Of a stretch of 64,000 bases of DNA, positions 63,993-64,000 are shown piece after piece. The stretch's first letter is position 1, and each line of letters starts with the position of its first letter. The position numbers were made by a program, and so were the translations under genes. Source of the DNA: an uncultured Gammaproteobacteria bacterium (lineage in GTDB: Bacteria > Patescibacteriota > Microgenomatia > UBA8517); contig CAZRGC010000002.1 of assembly GCA_964599625.1 (NCBI GenBank), positions 71,883 to 135,882 of the forward strand. The letters run 5' to 3'. The notes beneath the pieces are model-generated. The model worked only from the letters and a program-made list of their open reading frames with translations. It did not search any database and was not told the DNA's origin.

Positions 63993-64000
63993 AATAGGGG

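Overview
Low-GC bacterial DNA, probably Patescibacteria/CPR (Microgenomates-like). This assignment is inferred from the split comEC, giant surface proteins and leaderless-type promoters. No rRNA, tRNA or CRISPR array was recognised. The window has four blocks. (1) 1-17.3 kb: a co-directional, overlap-coupled array of 12 paralogous membrane-anchored Cys-rich proteins with a CHxxxH / GxxHG / CxHGxGH five-His motif, interleaved with three Cys-less (YHDH) cupredoxin domains, a secreted His-1 protein and an ArnT/PMT-like glycosyltransferase. This is a candidate uncharacterised extracytoplasmic metal (copper?) system. (2) 17.3-20.8 kb: a minus-strand sugar-modification operon. (3) 20.9-58.3 kb: two divergent giant fibre-like genes (5727 aa and ~3800 aa). 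Each has an N-terminal DNA-binding head (integrase core-binding domain, or MerR/IS607-type HTH), one TM helix and a huge repetitive tail-fibre-like ectodomain. They share an internal module and a C-terminus, and bracket leuS-comEA-comEC-comEC(MBL)-argS. The integrase-type head is split from its upstream gene by one in-frame TAA, and LeuRS has a degenerate editing motif. (4) 58.3-64 kb: a 7x LamG protein and a degenerate FtsK-like P-loop protein. All family calls are by-eye motif recognition; no database searches were run.
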